Positions 27,992 through 36,716 are shown, numbered from the stretch's first letter. The stretch is 63,975 nt of DNA from an uncultured Thermomicrobiales bacterium (GCA_902806415.1 CADCWN010000167.1:1-63975); one strand, 5' to 3'. Translations and numbers: made by a program. The notes: generated from the letters alone by a model not told the origin.

Positions 27992-28083
27992 CGAGGGCGC
28001 ATGGGAGTCGAACCCACCGCCGCCGGACTACGACGGCCACCGGTTTTGAAGACCGGGGAGCCCACCGGGACCCCTCCGCCCCC
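27992..28083 (-). tRNA. selC: tRNA-Sec (selenocysteine tRNA, anticodon UCA)
   Basis: Folded by hand on the minus strand. Acceptor 5'-strand GGGGGCGG pairs with 3'-strand GCGCCCTC: 7 bp including one G-U, with the innermost 8th position a G-G mismatch. Then AG, a 6-bp D stem GGGUCC/GGGCUC with a CGGU loop, and anticodon arm CCGGU-CUUCAAA-ACCGG (U33, UCA, A37). A variable arm of about 21 nt follows, then T arm GUGGG-UUCGACU-CCCAU and discriminator G. No CCA is encoded. The 92-nt length, long extra arm and 6-bp D stem match the bacterial selC design (compare E. coli selC). Confidence 0.85.
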
Positions 28084-28189
28084 ACGTCACGCGACGACAG
28101 TATAGCCAACGTCGGCCTTGGCACGCCATGTGTGTAGAGCGGCGAGGGGAACCGTCATACCCGCCCTGCGGGCTGGAGGCCAGCGCACC

Positions 28190-28850
28190 ATGCAGAACGA
28201 ACTCCCGGTCGATGCACCATTCCCGTCCAGCTACTTCGAGCGCGCCGATCCCTCCGCCGACTCCCGCTTCTACGAGACGCCCCGCCTCGTCACGTACATC
28301 GACGACGGGGCGATCGCGATCATCGGCGAGGTGCTGCGCGAACTGATCCCGCCCGACGCCACGATCCTCGACCTGATGAGCAGCTGGAAGTCGCACCTAC
28401 CGCCGGAGGTCACGCCCCGTCGCGTCGTCGGGTTGGGGATGAACGCGGTCGAGTTGATGGCGAACGAGCAACTCGACGAGTGGATCGTGCAGGATATCAA
28501 CGCCGATCCGACGCTGCCGTTCGCCGACAATTTGTTCGACATCGCCATCATCACCGTCTCGATCCAGTACGTTGTGCGCCCGGTGAGTCTCTTTCGCGAT
28601 GCTGAAGCCAGGGGCCGCGCTCGTCGTCATCTTCTCGAACCGGCTCTTCCCCACCAAGGCGGTGCGCGTCTGGTACGAGCAGGACGACGTGGGGCATGTC
28701 GCCCTGGTGACGGCCTATTTCGAGCTGGCGGGCGGCTACGATGTGGCACGCTTCATCGACCGCAGCACCTCGACTCGCCTCGACGCGCGCGGGCGACCGC
28801 TCCCGGCCCCCGATCCAGTGTACGTGGTGCTGGCCCATAAGCTCGAATAA
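28190..28850 (+). pseudogene. SAM-dependent methyltransferase-like gene interrupted by a frameshift near 28598
   Basis: ORF 28118..28840 (from ATG 28190) carries MQNELP...ILDLMSSW...FDIAIITVSIQYVVRPVSLFRD and then turns into Arg-rich nonsense. ORF 28599..28850 in the next frame continues sensibly with MLKPGAALVVIFSNRLFPTKAVRVWYEQDD.... Removing one nt at about 28598 joins them. Confidence 0.6.
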
Positions 28851-28876
28851 TCGCCGCCGGCCAGATCGCGCGTATC

Positions 28877-29860
28877 ATGCTGGCCGCGCCTTGCCCCGAC
28901 CGGGGCGACATGTTACTGTACGTACGTGTCGTGAGAGAAGGGGAGAGTGGGGTCGAGATGCGCGAGATCACCGAGCGAGCGGCGGCGCTGGGTCGCGAGG
29001 TTGAGCGGCAACGCTTCGCGGGCGACGATCCGGTCGTGGCGCTGGTCCCGCGCCTGAGCCAGGCCGAGATCGTGGCGCGGGTGATCGCGGCCGAGCGCAC
29101 CGGGGCGGCGCTGGCGATCGGCGAGGGGCGCTACAGCCTGACCGAAGATTTGGCGGAGGCGGCGTTGCGCGAGGCGTTGGGGGCGTTGCGCTCCTGGAGC
29201 TTTGCCGTCGCCCGTGTGCGCCTCGACGAGGCGGCTCGCGCGCACGACCCGGCGACCCAACAGCGCGTCGCCCTCTTCAAGGCGCTGACGCGACACCTCT
29301 CCGCGCTGATCTACGTCCCGCTCGGTGAGAAGCTGCGCCTCGGCCTGCCCGAATTCGACGCGGCGCGGCGCGATCTCGATCTCCTGCCACCGGTTGAGTC
29401 CCTGCACTACCGAGACGAGCTCGATCGCCTCCTCACCTTGCGCGAGGCCGCCACCGGGGGCGACCCGTTCCTCGCCGCCGCCTGGACCCTCGTGCGGGCG
29501 CAACTCGCGATGAGCGCCGGGCAGGACGAGGCGGCGCTGCTCTGGCTGCTGGGGCTCGCCGCGCGCCAAGCCCCAGCGCCTGAAGGATACCTCGCCGAAC
29601 TCACCGATCGCGCCCGGCGGCAGATCCTTGCCCTGATCGGGGAGCCCCTGCCCGATGCCGGGGAGAAGCCGAGCGAGGCGGTGCGTCCGCGCGAACTGTT
29701 CAACGCGCTCATCGCGCGCCTCGGCGCTGATCTGGGCCGTGATCTGGCTCAGGGGATGCAGTATTTCGCGCTCACGGAGTATGTCCCGGCAGGGATCGCC
29801 GACGAAGAGGGACGCACATTGCCGCGTCGGCGTGCGAGCGCGACACCTCGCACGCGCTGA
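28877..29860 (+). CDS. hypothetical alpha-helical protein
   Basis: ORF 28877..29860. No motif that I recognise. The codon pattern (G/C-rich third positions) is consistent with coding. The start is uncertain (28877, 28910 or 28958). Confidence 0.45.
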   Translation: MLAAPCPDRGDMLLYVRVVREGESGVEMREITERAAALGREVERQRFAGDDPVVALVPRLSQAEIVARVIAAERTGAALAIGEGRYSLTEDLAEAALREALGALRSWSFAVARVRLDEAARAHDPATQQRVALFKALTRHLSALIYVPLGEKLRLGLPEFDAARRDLDLLPPVESLHYRDELDRLLTLREAATGGDPFLAAAWTLVRAQLAMSAGQDEAALLWLLGLAARQAPAPEGYLAELTDRARRQILALIGEPLPDAGEKPSEAVRPRELFNALIARLGADLGRDLAQGMQYFALTEYVPAGIADEEGRTLPRRRASATPRTR

Positions 29861-30013
29861 TACCCGAGTCGCGCTCTCCGGGCCGCGCGGATACGCTTGG
29901 CCCGCAACCAGACCATAACCCAAGCTCTGCCATCCGCTCGCCATGCTAGGCTATTCTCGTCTTGTGACGGGGCTTTCCTGCGACACGGTAATCAGCGATC
30001 GGCGCGAGGGGTC

Positions 30014-30022
30014 TGCTACAAT
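30014..30022 (+). promoter_or_regulatory. candidate extended -10 promoter element (TGcTACAAT) upstream of the epimerase gene
   Basis: TG at 30014..30015 and TACAAT at 30017..30022, about 58 nt upstream of ATG 30080. No convincing -35 box. Confidence 0.3.
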
Positions 30023-30079
30023 CACCAATTGTGGGGCCGCGTCGGGTGGTGCCAGAGGAGTCAGGAAAGAGCAGGAATC

Positions 30080-31030
30080 ATGCGTGTTCTCGTGACCGGA
30101 GGCGCCGGTTTCATCGGTTCGCACCTCGTCGATGCCCTGATTGACGCCGGGCATGAGGCGTTGATCATCGACAACCTGGCGACCGGTGAGCGCGCGAATC
30201 TCAACCCAGGGGCGCGCTTCTACGAGGCCGATATCCGCGATGCCATCGCCGTGGGCGACCTCTTCGCGCGGGAGCGCCCGGAGGTGCTGATCCACCAGGC
30301 GGCGCAGCTCGACGTGCGCCGTTCGGTCGCCGACCCCGCCTACGACGCCGACGTGAATATCCTGGGCACGCTGCGACTGCTCCAATCCGGCGTCGAGCAT
30401 GGTTTGCGGAAGGTCATCTTCGCCTCCAGCGGCGGCGCGATCTACGGTGACACCGAGAATCTGCCGACGCCGGAGACGCAGCCGACCGCGCCGATCTCGC
30501 CCTACGGCGTCTCGAAGTTGAGCATCGAACACTACCTGCACTATTTCCACACGATCCACGGTCTGCAGTATGTCGCGCTGCGCTACTCCAACGTCTACGG
30601 CCCGCGCCAGAACCCGCACGGCGAGGCGGGGGTGATCTCGATCTTCGCGGAGCGGCTACTGCGCGGCGAGCCGACGATTATCCACGGCGACGGCGAGAAT
30701 ACCCGCGACTACGTCTATGTCGGGGATGTCGTCGCGGCGAATCTCGCCGCGCTGACGAGCGAGCGGGTCGGTGCCTACAACGTCGGCACCGCCACCGAGA
30801 CCGACGTGAACGCCGTCTTCGCGCGGATCAACGAACTGACCGAGGCGGGGGTGGAGGCGCGGCACGGGGAGGCGAAGGCCGGCGAGCAGCGGCGCAGTTG
30901 CCTGAGCTGGGAACTGGCGCGGCGCGAGCTCGGCTGGGAGCCGAAGGTCGGCTTCGACGAGGGCCTCGCGCGCACGGTCGAGTTCTTCATCGAGAAGACG
31001 CGCGGCGCGACTTCGGGCGGGCAATCCTGA
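30080..31030 (+). CDS. NAD-dependent epimerase/dehydratase (UDP-glucose 4-epimerase-like)
   Basis: ORF 29897..31030, started at MRVLVTGGAGFIGSHLV (ATG 30080). The active-site motif is PYGVSKLSIE (YxxxK). Confidence 0.85.
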   Translation: MRVLVTGGAGFIGSHLVDALIDAGHEALIIDNLATGERANLNPGARFYEADIRDAIAVGDLFARERPEVLIHQAAQLDVRRSVADPAYDADVNILGTLRLLQSGVEHGLRKVIFASSGGAIYGDTENLPTPETQPTAPISPYGVSKLSIEHYLHYFHTIHGLQYVALRYSNVYGPRQNPHGEAGVISIFAERLLRGEPTIIHGDGENTRDYVYVGDVVAANLAALTSERVGAYNVGTATETDVNAVFARINELTEAGVEARHGEAKAGEQRRSCLSWELARRELGWEPKVGFDEGLARTVEFFIEKTRGATSGGQS

Positions 31031-31035
31031 GCGCG

Positions 31036-32058
31036 ATGGGCCGCCGGGCGACCGTACGCGCGCCGCGCCTGCCCGTCGGGACGGGGCCGTGGCTCAACGC
31101 CCCGCCGCCCGGCGACTGGCGCGGCGGGGTGACGCTGGTCGATTTCTGGACCTACTCCTGCATCAACTGCCTGCGCACCCTGCCTGCCCTGCGCGCCTGG
31201 CACGCCACCTATGCGGCGGTGGGGCTGACAATCCTCGGCGTCCACACCCCGGAGTTCCCGTTCGAGCACCAGACGGAGAATGTCGCGCGCGCGCTGCGCG
31301 AACTGGCGATCGAGTATCCGGTCGTGCTGGACAACGACCGTGCGATCTGGGGCGCGTTCGCCAACCGCGCCTGGCCCCACCGCTACCTGATCGACAGCGC
31401 CGGGCGGATCGTCCACGACCACGCCGGGGAAGGGGGCGAGGTGGCGACCGAGCGCGCTATCCGGGCCGCGTTGACGGCACGGGACGGAGCCCTGCCCCTC
31501 CCCACGCCGGTCTTCCTCTCCTCCGACGGACACACGCCTCTTGCGGATCCCGAGTTGGCCGACGATTCGCCGGGCGCGGTCTGCACACCGGGGACACCGG
31601 AACTGTTCGCGGGCTATTATCGCGGCATTTCGGGCAATGCGGGCGGTTTCCGCGAGGATGCGCCAGCCGATTATGCGGACCCTGGGGGCCATCGCGAGGG
31701 GTTCATCCACCTGGAAGGTCGCTGGCGCGTCGATGCCGACGCCGCCCATTTCGCCGGGCCGGGTGCGGGCGCCCTGCGCCTCGCATTTCGCGGGACCGCC
31801 CCGAATATCGTAATGGCCCCGGACGCCGCAGGGCCGGTACTGGTCGATGTCGCCGTGACGACGCTGGAGGACAGCGCGCCCGCCACGCGCGAGGATGTCG
31901 GTGGCGTGCGACTTGTCGTCGATGCGCCGCGCCTCTACCGGGTGCCGCCGGAGGCTTGGGCTGTGGCGGAGGGGGCGGACGGATTGCGACTGCTCACCCT
32001 GCGTCCCGCGTCGCCCGGCCTGGCGGTCTATTCGTTCACCTTCGGCGCGTGCGCGTGA
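31036..32058 (+). CDS. thioredoxin-like (TlpA/DipZ C-terminal-type) protein with extra C-terminal domain
   Basis: ORF 30898..32058, started at ATG 31036. VDFWTYSCINCLRTLP holds the CxxC. Also GVHTPEFPFE and NRAWPHRYLID. Confidence 0.75.
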   Translation: MGRRATVRAPRLPVGTGPWLNAPPPGDWRGGVTLVDFWTYSCINCLRTLPALRAWHATYAAVGLTILGVHTPEFPFEHQTENVARALRELAIEYPVVLDNDRAIWGAFANRAWPHRYLIDSAGRIVHDHAGEGGEVATERAIRAALTARDGALPLPTPVFLSSDGHTPLADPELADDSPGAVCTPGTPELFAGYYRGISGNAGGFREDAPADYADPGGHREGFIHLEGRWRVDADAAHFAGPGAGALRLAFRGTAPNIVMAPDAAGPVLVDVAVTTLEDSAPATREDVGGVRLVVDAPRLYRVPPEAWAVAEGADGLRLLTLRPASPGLAVYSFTFGACA

Positions 32059-33237
32059 TCAGCCCCGTCGTAAGAGTGCCTGTTCCGGGAAGCCGAGGCC
32101 GAGCAAGAACCGATTCCAGGTCTCGTCGGGGAGCGCGCCGCCCGACGCCTGATCGTGGCCGTGGCCGTATTCCGCGCCCGTATCCCCCTCCGGTCGGGCG
32201 GCGGCGAGGAAATCGAGCAGGTTCCGGTCGGAGCTGGTGCGGGCGCTGAACGCGACGCGCCCCGGCAGATACCCTTCGTTGGCGCAGATGGCGATGAACT
32301 TGGGCAGCCGCCCGCGCCAACGCTGCGCGATCAGCGGGTGAATCTGGCAGGGGGTGTCGATGCGGATGAGGGCGACCGGCCCGCTGAAGAGCGGTGCCCG
32401 GCGGCGCGCCTCCGCCATCGCCGCGTTCACCTCGGCGCGATAATCCTGCAATGTCGGGGCATAGGGTGAGGTCGCGGGATCGGCGAGGGCGCGCGGGCTG
32501 TCCGAGCCGAGGAGCGCCGCCAGCGCCGTGGCGGTATCCATCGCGGGCGCGCGGCGCGCGGCATTGACGAGCGCGGTCGCCTCTTTCAGCCACTTCGCGG
32601 TGTAGGACCGCTTCGCCACCTCCACGATCGCGAACGGCGCGCGTTCGCCGAGGTCGCTGACCGTGCCGACCGCCGCGATCCAGAGCAGGTCATCGGCGGG
32701 CACGAGGTCGGCGGCGAGCCAGAAGGCGAGGAGCGACGCATTCGGGATCGGCTCCCAACCGTAGCCGCTGATCAGCGTCCCGCCCGGCGGTGTGCCATCG
32801 GGGTGATGGTGGTCGATCAGCAGCGTCGGAATCCCCGGCAGGAGCGGTTCCGCGCGCGAACCGAGATCCGCGACGACGAGCGCGCCGGGGGCGGTCGTCG
32901 CCAGTCGCTCTCGCACCGACGCGCCCCAGGCGTTCTCGCCGCGCCCGGTGACGAGCGAGGTGACATGAGCGAAGCCGAGGCGCTCGAACGCGCGGAGCAG
33001 GATCGCCCCGCTGGCGAGGCCATCGGCGTCGCTGTGGCAAAGGATCGTCACCGGCGTCACCGGGTCGAGCGCCCCGATGAAGGCGCGGAACGCGGCCCTC
33101 GCGCCGCGTAGCTCAGTCGCGAGGGCGACTGGCGGACCGGCCTCGGTCGCGCGCGGCGCGGGACGATTCGCCCCCCGCGCTCCTCCCGGTGGCGTCGATT
33201 CAGGCGACCCCGCCGCCTCGTGCGCGGGCTTCACCAT
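32059..33237 (-). CDS. DHH-family phosphoesterase (RecJ/NrnA-like)
   Basis: ORF 32059..33237. Motifs CHSDADGLASG, VADLG, LIDHHHP and GHGHDQASGG (DHHA1-type). Its stop codon abuts the stop of the convergent gene (TGATCA at 32056..32061). Confidence 0.8.
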   Translation of the reverse strand: MVKPAHEAAGSPESTPPGGARGANRPAPRATEAGPPVALATELRGARAAFRAFIGALDPVTPVTILCHSDADGLASGAILLRAFERLGFAHVTSLVTGRGENAWGASVRERLATTAPGALVVADLGSRAEPLLPGIPTLLIDHHHPDGTPPGGTLISGYGWEPIPNASLLAFWLAADLVPADDLLWIAAVGTVSDLGERAPFAIVEVAKRSYTAKWLKEATALVNAARRAPAMDTATALAALLGSDSPRALADPATSPYAPTLQDYRAEVNAAMAEARRRAPLFSGPVALIRIDTPCQIHPLIAQRWRGRLPKFIAICANEGYLPGRVAFSARTSSDRNLLDFLAAARPEGDTGAEYGHGHDQASGGALPDETWNRFLLGLGFPEQALLRRG

Positions 33238-33323
33238 GTGCTTCTTCTCTACCTGACGCGGGAGTGCCGAAGGGGGTATTCGCGCGCCCCGCCGCGTCCT
33301 TGCCCGGCATGGAGGGATGGTGC

Positions 33324-33779
33324 CTAACGCGAGGCTCGACGAGGGTTATCGCGGCCCATCTGGGCGGAGGGGTCGTCGCTGCCGCTCGTCTCGTCCAGCC
33401 CGGCATTCGTCCCCTCGTGGCCGGTCATGCTGCCGCCGTGGTCGGCCATCGCCCCTTCCATCGCGCCGGGTATCGTGTCGCCGGTGCCGGCCTGCTTGAG
33501 CCGCCCGTCGCCCGCCACATCGCCGACGATCTCGCCCATCCCCGGATTAAACGGCGCGCCGGGATCGATCCCCGGCGGGCTCGCGGTCATCGTCGCCTCG
33601 GCCCCCCGCTCGGGTGCGGGTATATCGGCACGCGCGGTCAAATTCTGCGACAGATCACCGTCGCCCCCCCTGACCGTCGGCGAATCCTCGATCTCGGTCG
33701 GCACCTCGGTTGAACGGGCCGAGGTGGCGGAGGCGGTATCCGCGAAGTCCATCTTCTGTCGGTCTTCGTTCGTTGACAT
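33324..33779 (-). CDS. acidic, low-complexity (probably disordered) hypothetical protein
   Basis: ORF 33324..33884, started at MSTNEDRQ (ATG 33779) because GAGGGAGGA lies 4 nt upstream. G/C-rich third codon positions. No hydrophobic core and no motif. Confidence 0.5.
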   Translation of the reverse strand: MSTNEDRQKMDFADTASATSARSTEVPTEIEDSPTVRGGDGDLSQNLTARADIPAPERGAEATMTASPPGIDPGAPFNPGMGEIVGDVAGDGRLKQAGTGDTIPGAMEGAMADHGGSMTGHEGTNAGLDETSGSDDPSAQMGRDNPRRASR

Positions 33780-33982
33780 CGGTCCTCCCTCTTCTCCGTC
33801 TTGTCGCCCGGGGCGGCGAAGCGCCGCCCCGGGCATGGTCAGTGGGGCCACGCCTGTGCTATCGTACTCGCGTCGATAGCGCATCTTCCATGCCCGAATT
33901 GCTAGCGCGACACAACGCCGGACCTGACCCCGGCCTTCCGGTGCGGTGCCTGCGCACCGCCGATGCCTGCGGAGTCACACCG

Positions 33983-35167
33983 ATGGATCGCGGTTTCTCC
34001 CCGCTCAAAGCGATGCTCGGCCTGCTGGCGATCGGTGTGGTCGGCGTCCTCGGCTTCCTGATCTTGCAAGGGGTGAAGCCGACGATCAAGAACGCCCAGC
34101 CGCTCAATGGGAGCAAGGCCGCGAAAGGACCCGTGACGATCAGCGCCGAGGTGCGCGGCGAGGCGAACCTGCAAGCGGTGCGGATGCGGATCGACAGCAA
34201 GAGTGTCGAGCCGGTGATCAAGGCGAACAGCGAGCGCTTCTGGGAGGTGAGCTACCAGTCGCCCCTGCCGAAGGGCCAGCACGACGTCGAGATCGTCGCG
34301 GTCGATGTGCGCGGGCGGGAGCAACCGTATCGCTGGCGCTTCCAGGCCACCGGCCCCTCCGATCCGCCGAAGTTCGCCAACCCGCTCCCGCGCAACGGCT
34401 CGCGCCTCCCGGCGGGCGATGTGCTGATCTCGCTGGCCGCGTTCAGCGAGCTCGCCTCGCTCAACTCGTTCACGATCAAGTTGAACGATGCCAAGCTGAA
34501 CGCGCCGGAGCTGCGACCGAGGATCAACGAGCGGACGACGACCAAAACCCGCCGGGCGCTGACGCCCGGTCAATACCGAGTCGAGGCGGAGGCGATCGAC
34601 GGCGATGGTGAGCGCGCGACCTATCAATGGGCTTTCACCATCATCGGGCCGGGGCAGGGCGATCCCGACACCCTCTTCTTCAAGGAGACCGACCAGTACG
34701 TCTTCGCGCCATTCGCGGCCTACTGGAGCAAGAATGGTGGCTTGCCGCTCTTCGGCCTGCCGATCACGCCGGACTTCGAGCGCGACGGCCGGACGACCCA
34801 ATGGTTCGAGCGGGCGCGCTTCGAGCGCAACCCCCAACTCCCGGCAGATCAGCAGACACAACTCGGCCTGCTGGGGACCGAATTGCGCAAGCCCGATCCG
34901 CCGCTGGCAGCGTCACCGGGCACCGACCGCCTCTTCTTCACGCAGACGGGCCATAGTCTCGGCGGGGCGTTCCGCACCTACTGGCAGTCACACGGGGGGC
35001 TGGCGGTCTTCGGTCTGCCGCTCACCGAGGAGATTACCGAGGACGGTCGGACGGTCCAGTGGTTCGAGCGGGCGCGCTTCGAGTTCAATCCGCAGGGCGG
35101 CGGGACGGTGAACGATGTCCAACTCGGACAGATCGGGCGCACACGCTGGGAGCAAAGCAACCGTTGA
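33983..35167 (+). CDS. membrane-anchored protein with Ig-like N-terminal part and two C-terminal WFERARFE repeat modules
   Basis: ORF 33710..35167, started at MDRGFSPLKAMLGLLAIGVVGVLGFLIL (ATG 33983, one TM). Two modules of about 70 aa: YWSKNGGLPLFGLPITPDFERDGRTTQWFERARFERNPQ and YWQSHGGLAVFGLPLTEEITEDGRTVQWFERARFEFNPQ. Confidence 0.65.
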   Translation: MDRGFSPLKAMLGLLAIGVVGVLGFLILQGVKPTIKNAQPLNGSKAAKGPVTISAEVRGEANLQAVRMRIDSKSVEPVIKANSERFWEVSYQSPLPKGQHDVEIVAVDVRGREQPYRWRFQATGPSDPPKFANPLPRNGSRLPAGDVLISLAAFSELASLNSFTIKLNDAKLNAPELRPRINERTTTKTRRALTPGQYRVEAEAIDGDGERATYQWAFTIIGPGQGDPDTLFFKETDQYVFAPFAAYWSKNGGLPLFGLPITPDFERDGRTTQWFERARFERNPQLPADQQTQLGLLGTELRKPDPPLAASPGTDRLFFTQTGHSLGGAFRTYWQSHGGLAVFGLPLTEEITEDGRTVQWFERARFEFNPQGGGTVNDVQLGQIGRTRWEQSNR

Positions 35168-35389
35168 CCGCCGCTTGTCCCCGCCCGCTAGCCGTGCTGG
35201 TGCCCCCTCTCCTCGTCCGACGACCCCGCGCGGCATGGGAAAGATTTCCTAGGTTTTCGTGAAGGGGTGGGTCGCTCCGGCGTTCCAGCCCGACTCGCGT
35301 GGTATCCTAGTCCCGCTGAGGATCCTATCGCGCGACGGCGCGACTGTGTCTCGCCGCGCCGATGCCGATATTGAGGAGGAAAGAAACCC

Positions 35390-36163
35390 GTGAGGAAACA
35401 GGCGATCGTCGCGCTGCTGGGTCTGGGGCTGCTAAGCGCGTGTAGCACCACGACCTCGCCGACTGCGACGACGGAAGTGATCGCGACGACCGCTGCGGCG
35501 GTGGAGACGCCGACTGCGGCGGTGACGGCGACGGCGACCGCGCGAACGGCCCCGACAGCGGCAGCGTCGGCCACGCGCGGGGGCTCCGCCCCCTTACCGA
35601 CGGCGACGGTGACGGCGACAGCGAATCCGCGCGCGACCGCCAGCGCCGTCGGCGGCACGGTCACGCGCGTCGCCTCGCCGACCGGGGCGGGTACGCCGCT
35701 GCCAACGCTCGGGGCGGGCCAGGCGTATGTCGATCCGCAGGGCCGCTTCTCGTTCACGATCCCGAACAATTGGACGCAGGTGCAGGCGGCGGGCGCGGAA
35801 ATCGCCTATCAGTCGCCCGCGCCCGCCGGGACGATCCCCGCCACGGTCAATATCGTGCTGGAGAAGCTGCCCTCCGCGACGGTGACGCTCGACGAGTATG
35901 ATCAGGCGGGCGAGACCAATCTGAAGCAGCAGTTCCCCGATTACAAGCCGGTCAGCCTGACCAAGGTGACGATCGACGGCAAGCCCGCCTACAAGCGGGT
36001 CTACACCGCGACGATCGTCGGGCGGCTCCTCCAGCTGCAGCAGGTCTACCTGATCGAGCGCGATGTTGCCTACGTCATCTCCTGCGGCGCGCCGCAGGAG
36101 GCGTTCGCCGCCAACGCCACGATCTTCGACCAGATCTCCGGCACCTTCAAGATCGGCCAGTAG
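35390..36163 (+). CDS. lipoprotein with Thr/Ala-rich linker and PsbP/DUF1795-like C-terminal domain
   Basis: ORF 35390..36163. GTG start after GAGGAGGAAAG. The lipobox is LGLLSAC. The C-terminal domain begins FSFTIPNNWTQV. The domain assignment is from memory. Confidence 0.65.
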   Translation: MRKQAIVALLGLGLLSACSTTTSPTATTEVIATTAAAVETPTAAVTATATARTAPTAAASATRGGSAPLPTATVTATANPRATASAVGGTVTRVASPTGAGTPLPTLGAGQAYVDPQGRFSFTIPNNWTQVQAAGAEIAYQSPAPAGTIPATVNIVLEKLPSATVTLDEYDQAGETNLKQQFPDYKPVSLTKVTIDGKPAYKRVYTATIVGRLLQLQQVYLIERDVAYVISCGAPQEAFAANATIFDQISGTFKIGQ

Positions 36164-36280
36164 GAGTGGCGAGTGACGAGTGACGAGTGACGAGTGAGAA
36201 TAAGGGCCGGGAGTAGATTCGCACCTTGAGTAGCGCTCATCGTACTCTATTCGTTATTCGTCACTCGTCACTCGTCATTC
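36164..36280 (+). repeat. heptamer-array inverted repeat: (GAGTGGC)(GAGTGAC)x3(GAGTGAG) versus (GTTATTC)(GTCACTC)x2(GTCATTC)
   Basis: It starts at the nt after stop TAG (36161..36163). There are 28 contiguous pairs (36164..36191 with 36253..36280), including 4 G-U pairs that exist only in plus-strand RNA. A fifth unit pairs partially. It ends 10 nt before the next ATG (36291). Confidence 0.9.
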
Positions 36281-36290
36281 AACAGGGGGT

Positions 36291-36716
36291 ATGATGGAAG
36301 AGCAGAAGCCCGTCGAGCTTGTTCAGGGATTCGCGAAGGTTGATGAGGCTCCGGCGTTCGAGCCGCGGTGGTACAAGTTGGACGAGATCGTGCCGGTGGC
36401 GCTGCGCGAGGGGGTCAGCGCGCGCTTCGTGACCGGCGGGCGGATCATGTTCTCGTTCGTCCGCCTCGAATCGGGCGGGCGGGTGGAGTTGCATCAGCAC
36501 CCGCACGAGCAGTGCGGCTACATGCTCGAGGGCTCGATGGACCTGACGATCGGCGACGAGACGCGCGAGTTGCGCCCCGGCGACGCCTACACGATCCCCG
36601 GCGGCGTGCCGCACGCGGCGACCGGCGGCCTGGAAGGCGGCCTCGCGCTCGATGTTTTCTCGCCGGTGCGCGAGGATTACGCAGCTCTCGCAGAGAAGGC
36701 GGCACAGGGTCGGTAA
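36291..36716 (+). CDS. cupin domain protein
   Basis: ORF 36291..36716. The cupin motifs are GGRVELHQHPHEQCGYMLEG and PGDAYTIPGGVPHAA. Confidence 0.8.
   Translation: MMEEQKPVELVQGFAKVDEAPAFEPRWYKLDEIVPVALREGVSARFVTGGRIMFSFVRLESGGRVELHQHPHEQCGYMLEGSMDLTIGDETRELRPGDAYTIPGGVPHAATGGLEGGLALDVFSPVREDYAALAEKAAQGR

Noticed and set aside
27036-29860. Genomic island integrated at the tRNA-Sec gene
   Set aside because: There is no integrase, no direct repeat of the tRNA 3-prime end and no compositional shift visible by eye. The neighbours are ordinary metabolic genes.
36164-36280. Gene-end imperfect inverted repeats as integron attC sites (gene cassettes)
   Set aside because: The flanking genes are housekeeping genes (fabI, tmk, infA). 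I see no GTTRRRY core or inverse-core pair and no intI. The arms are internally periodic, which attC sites are not.
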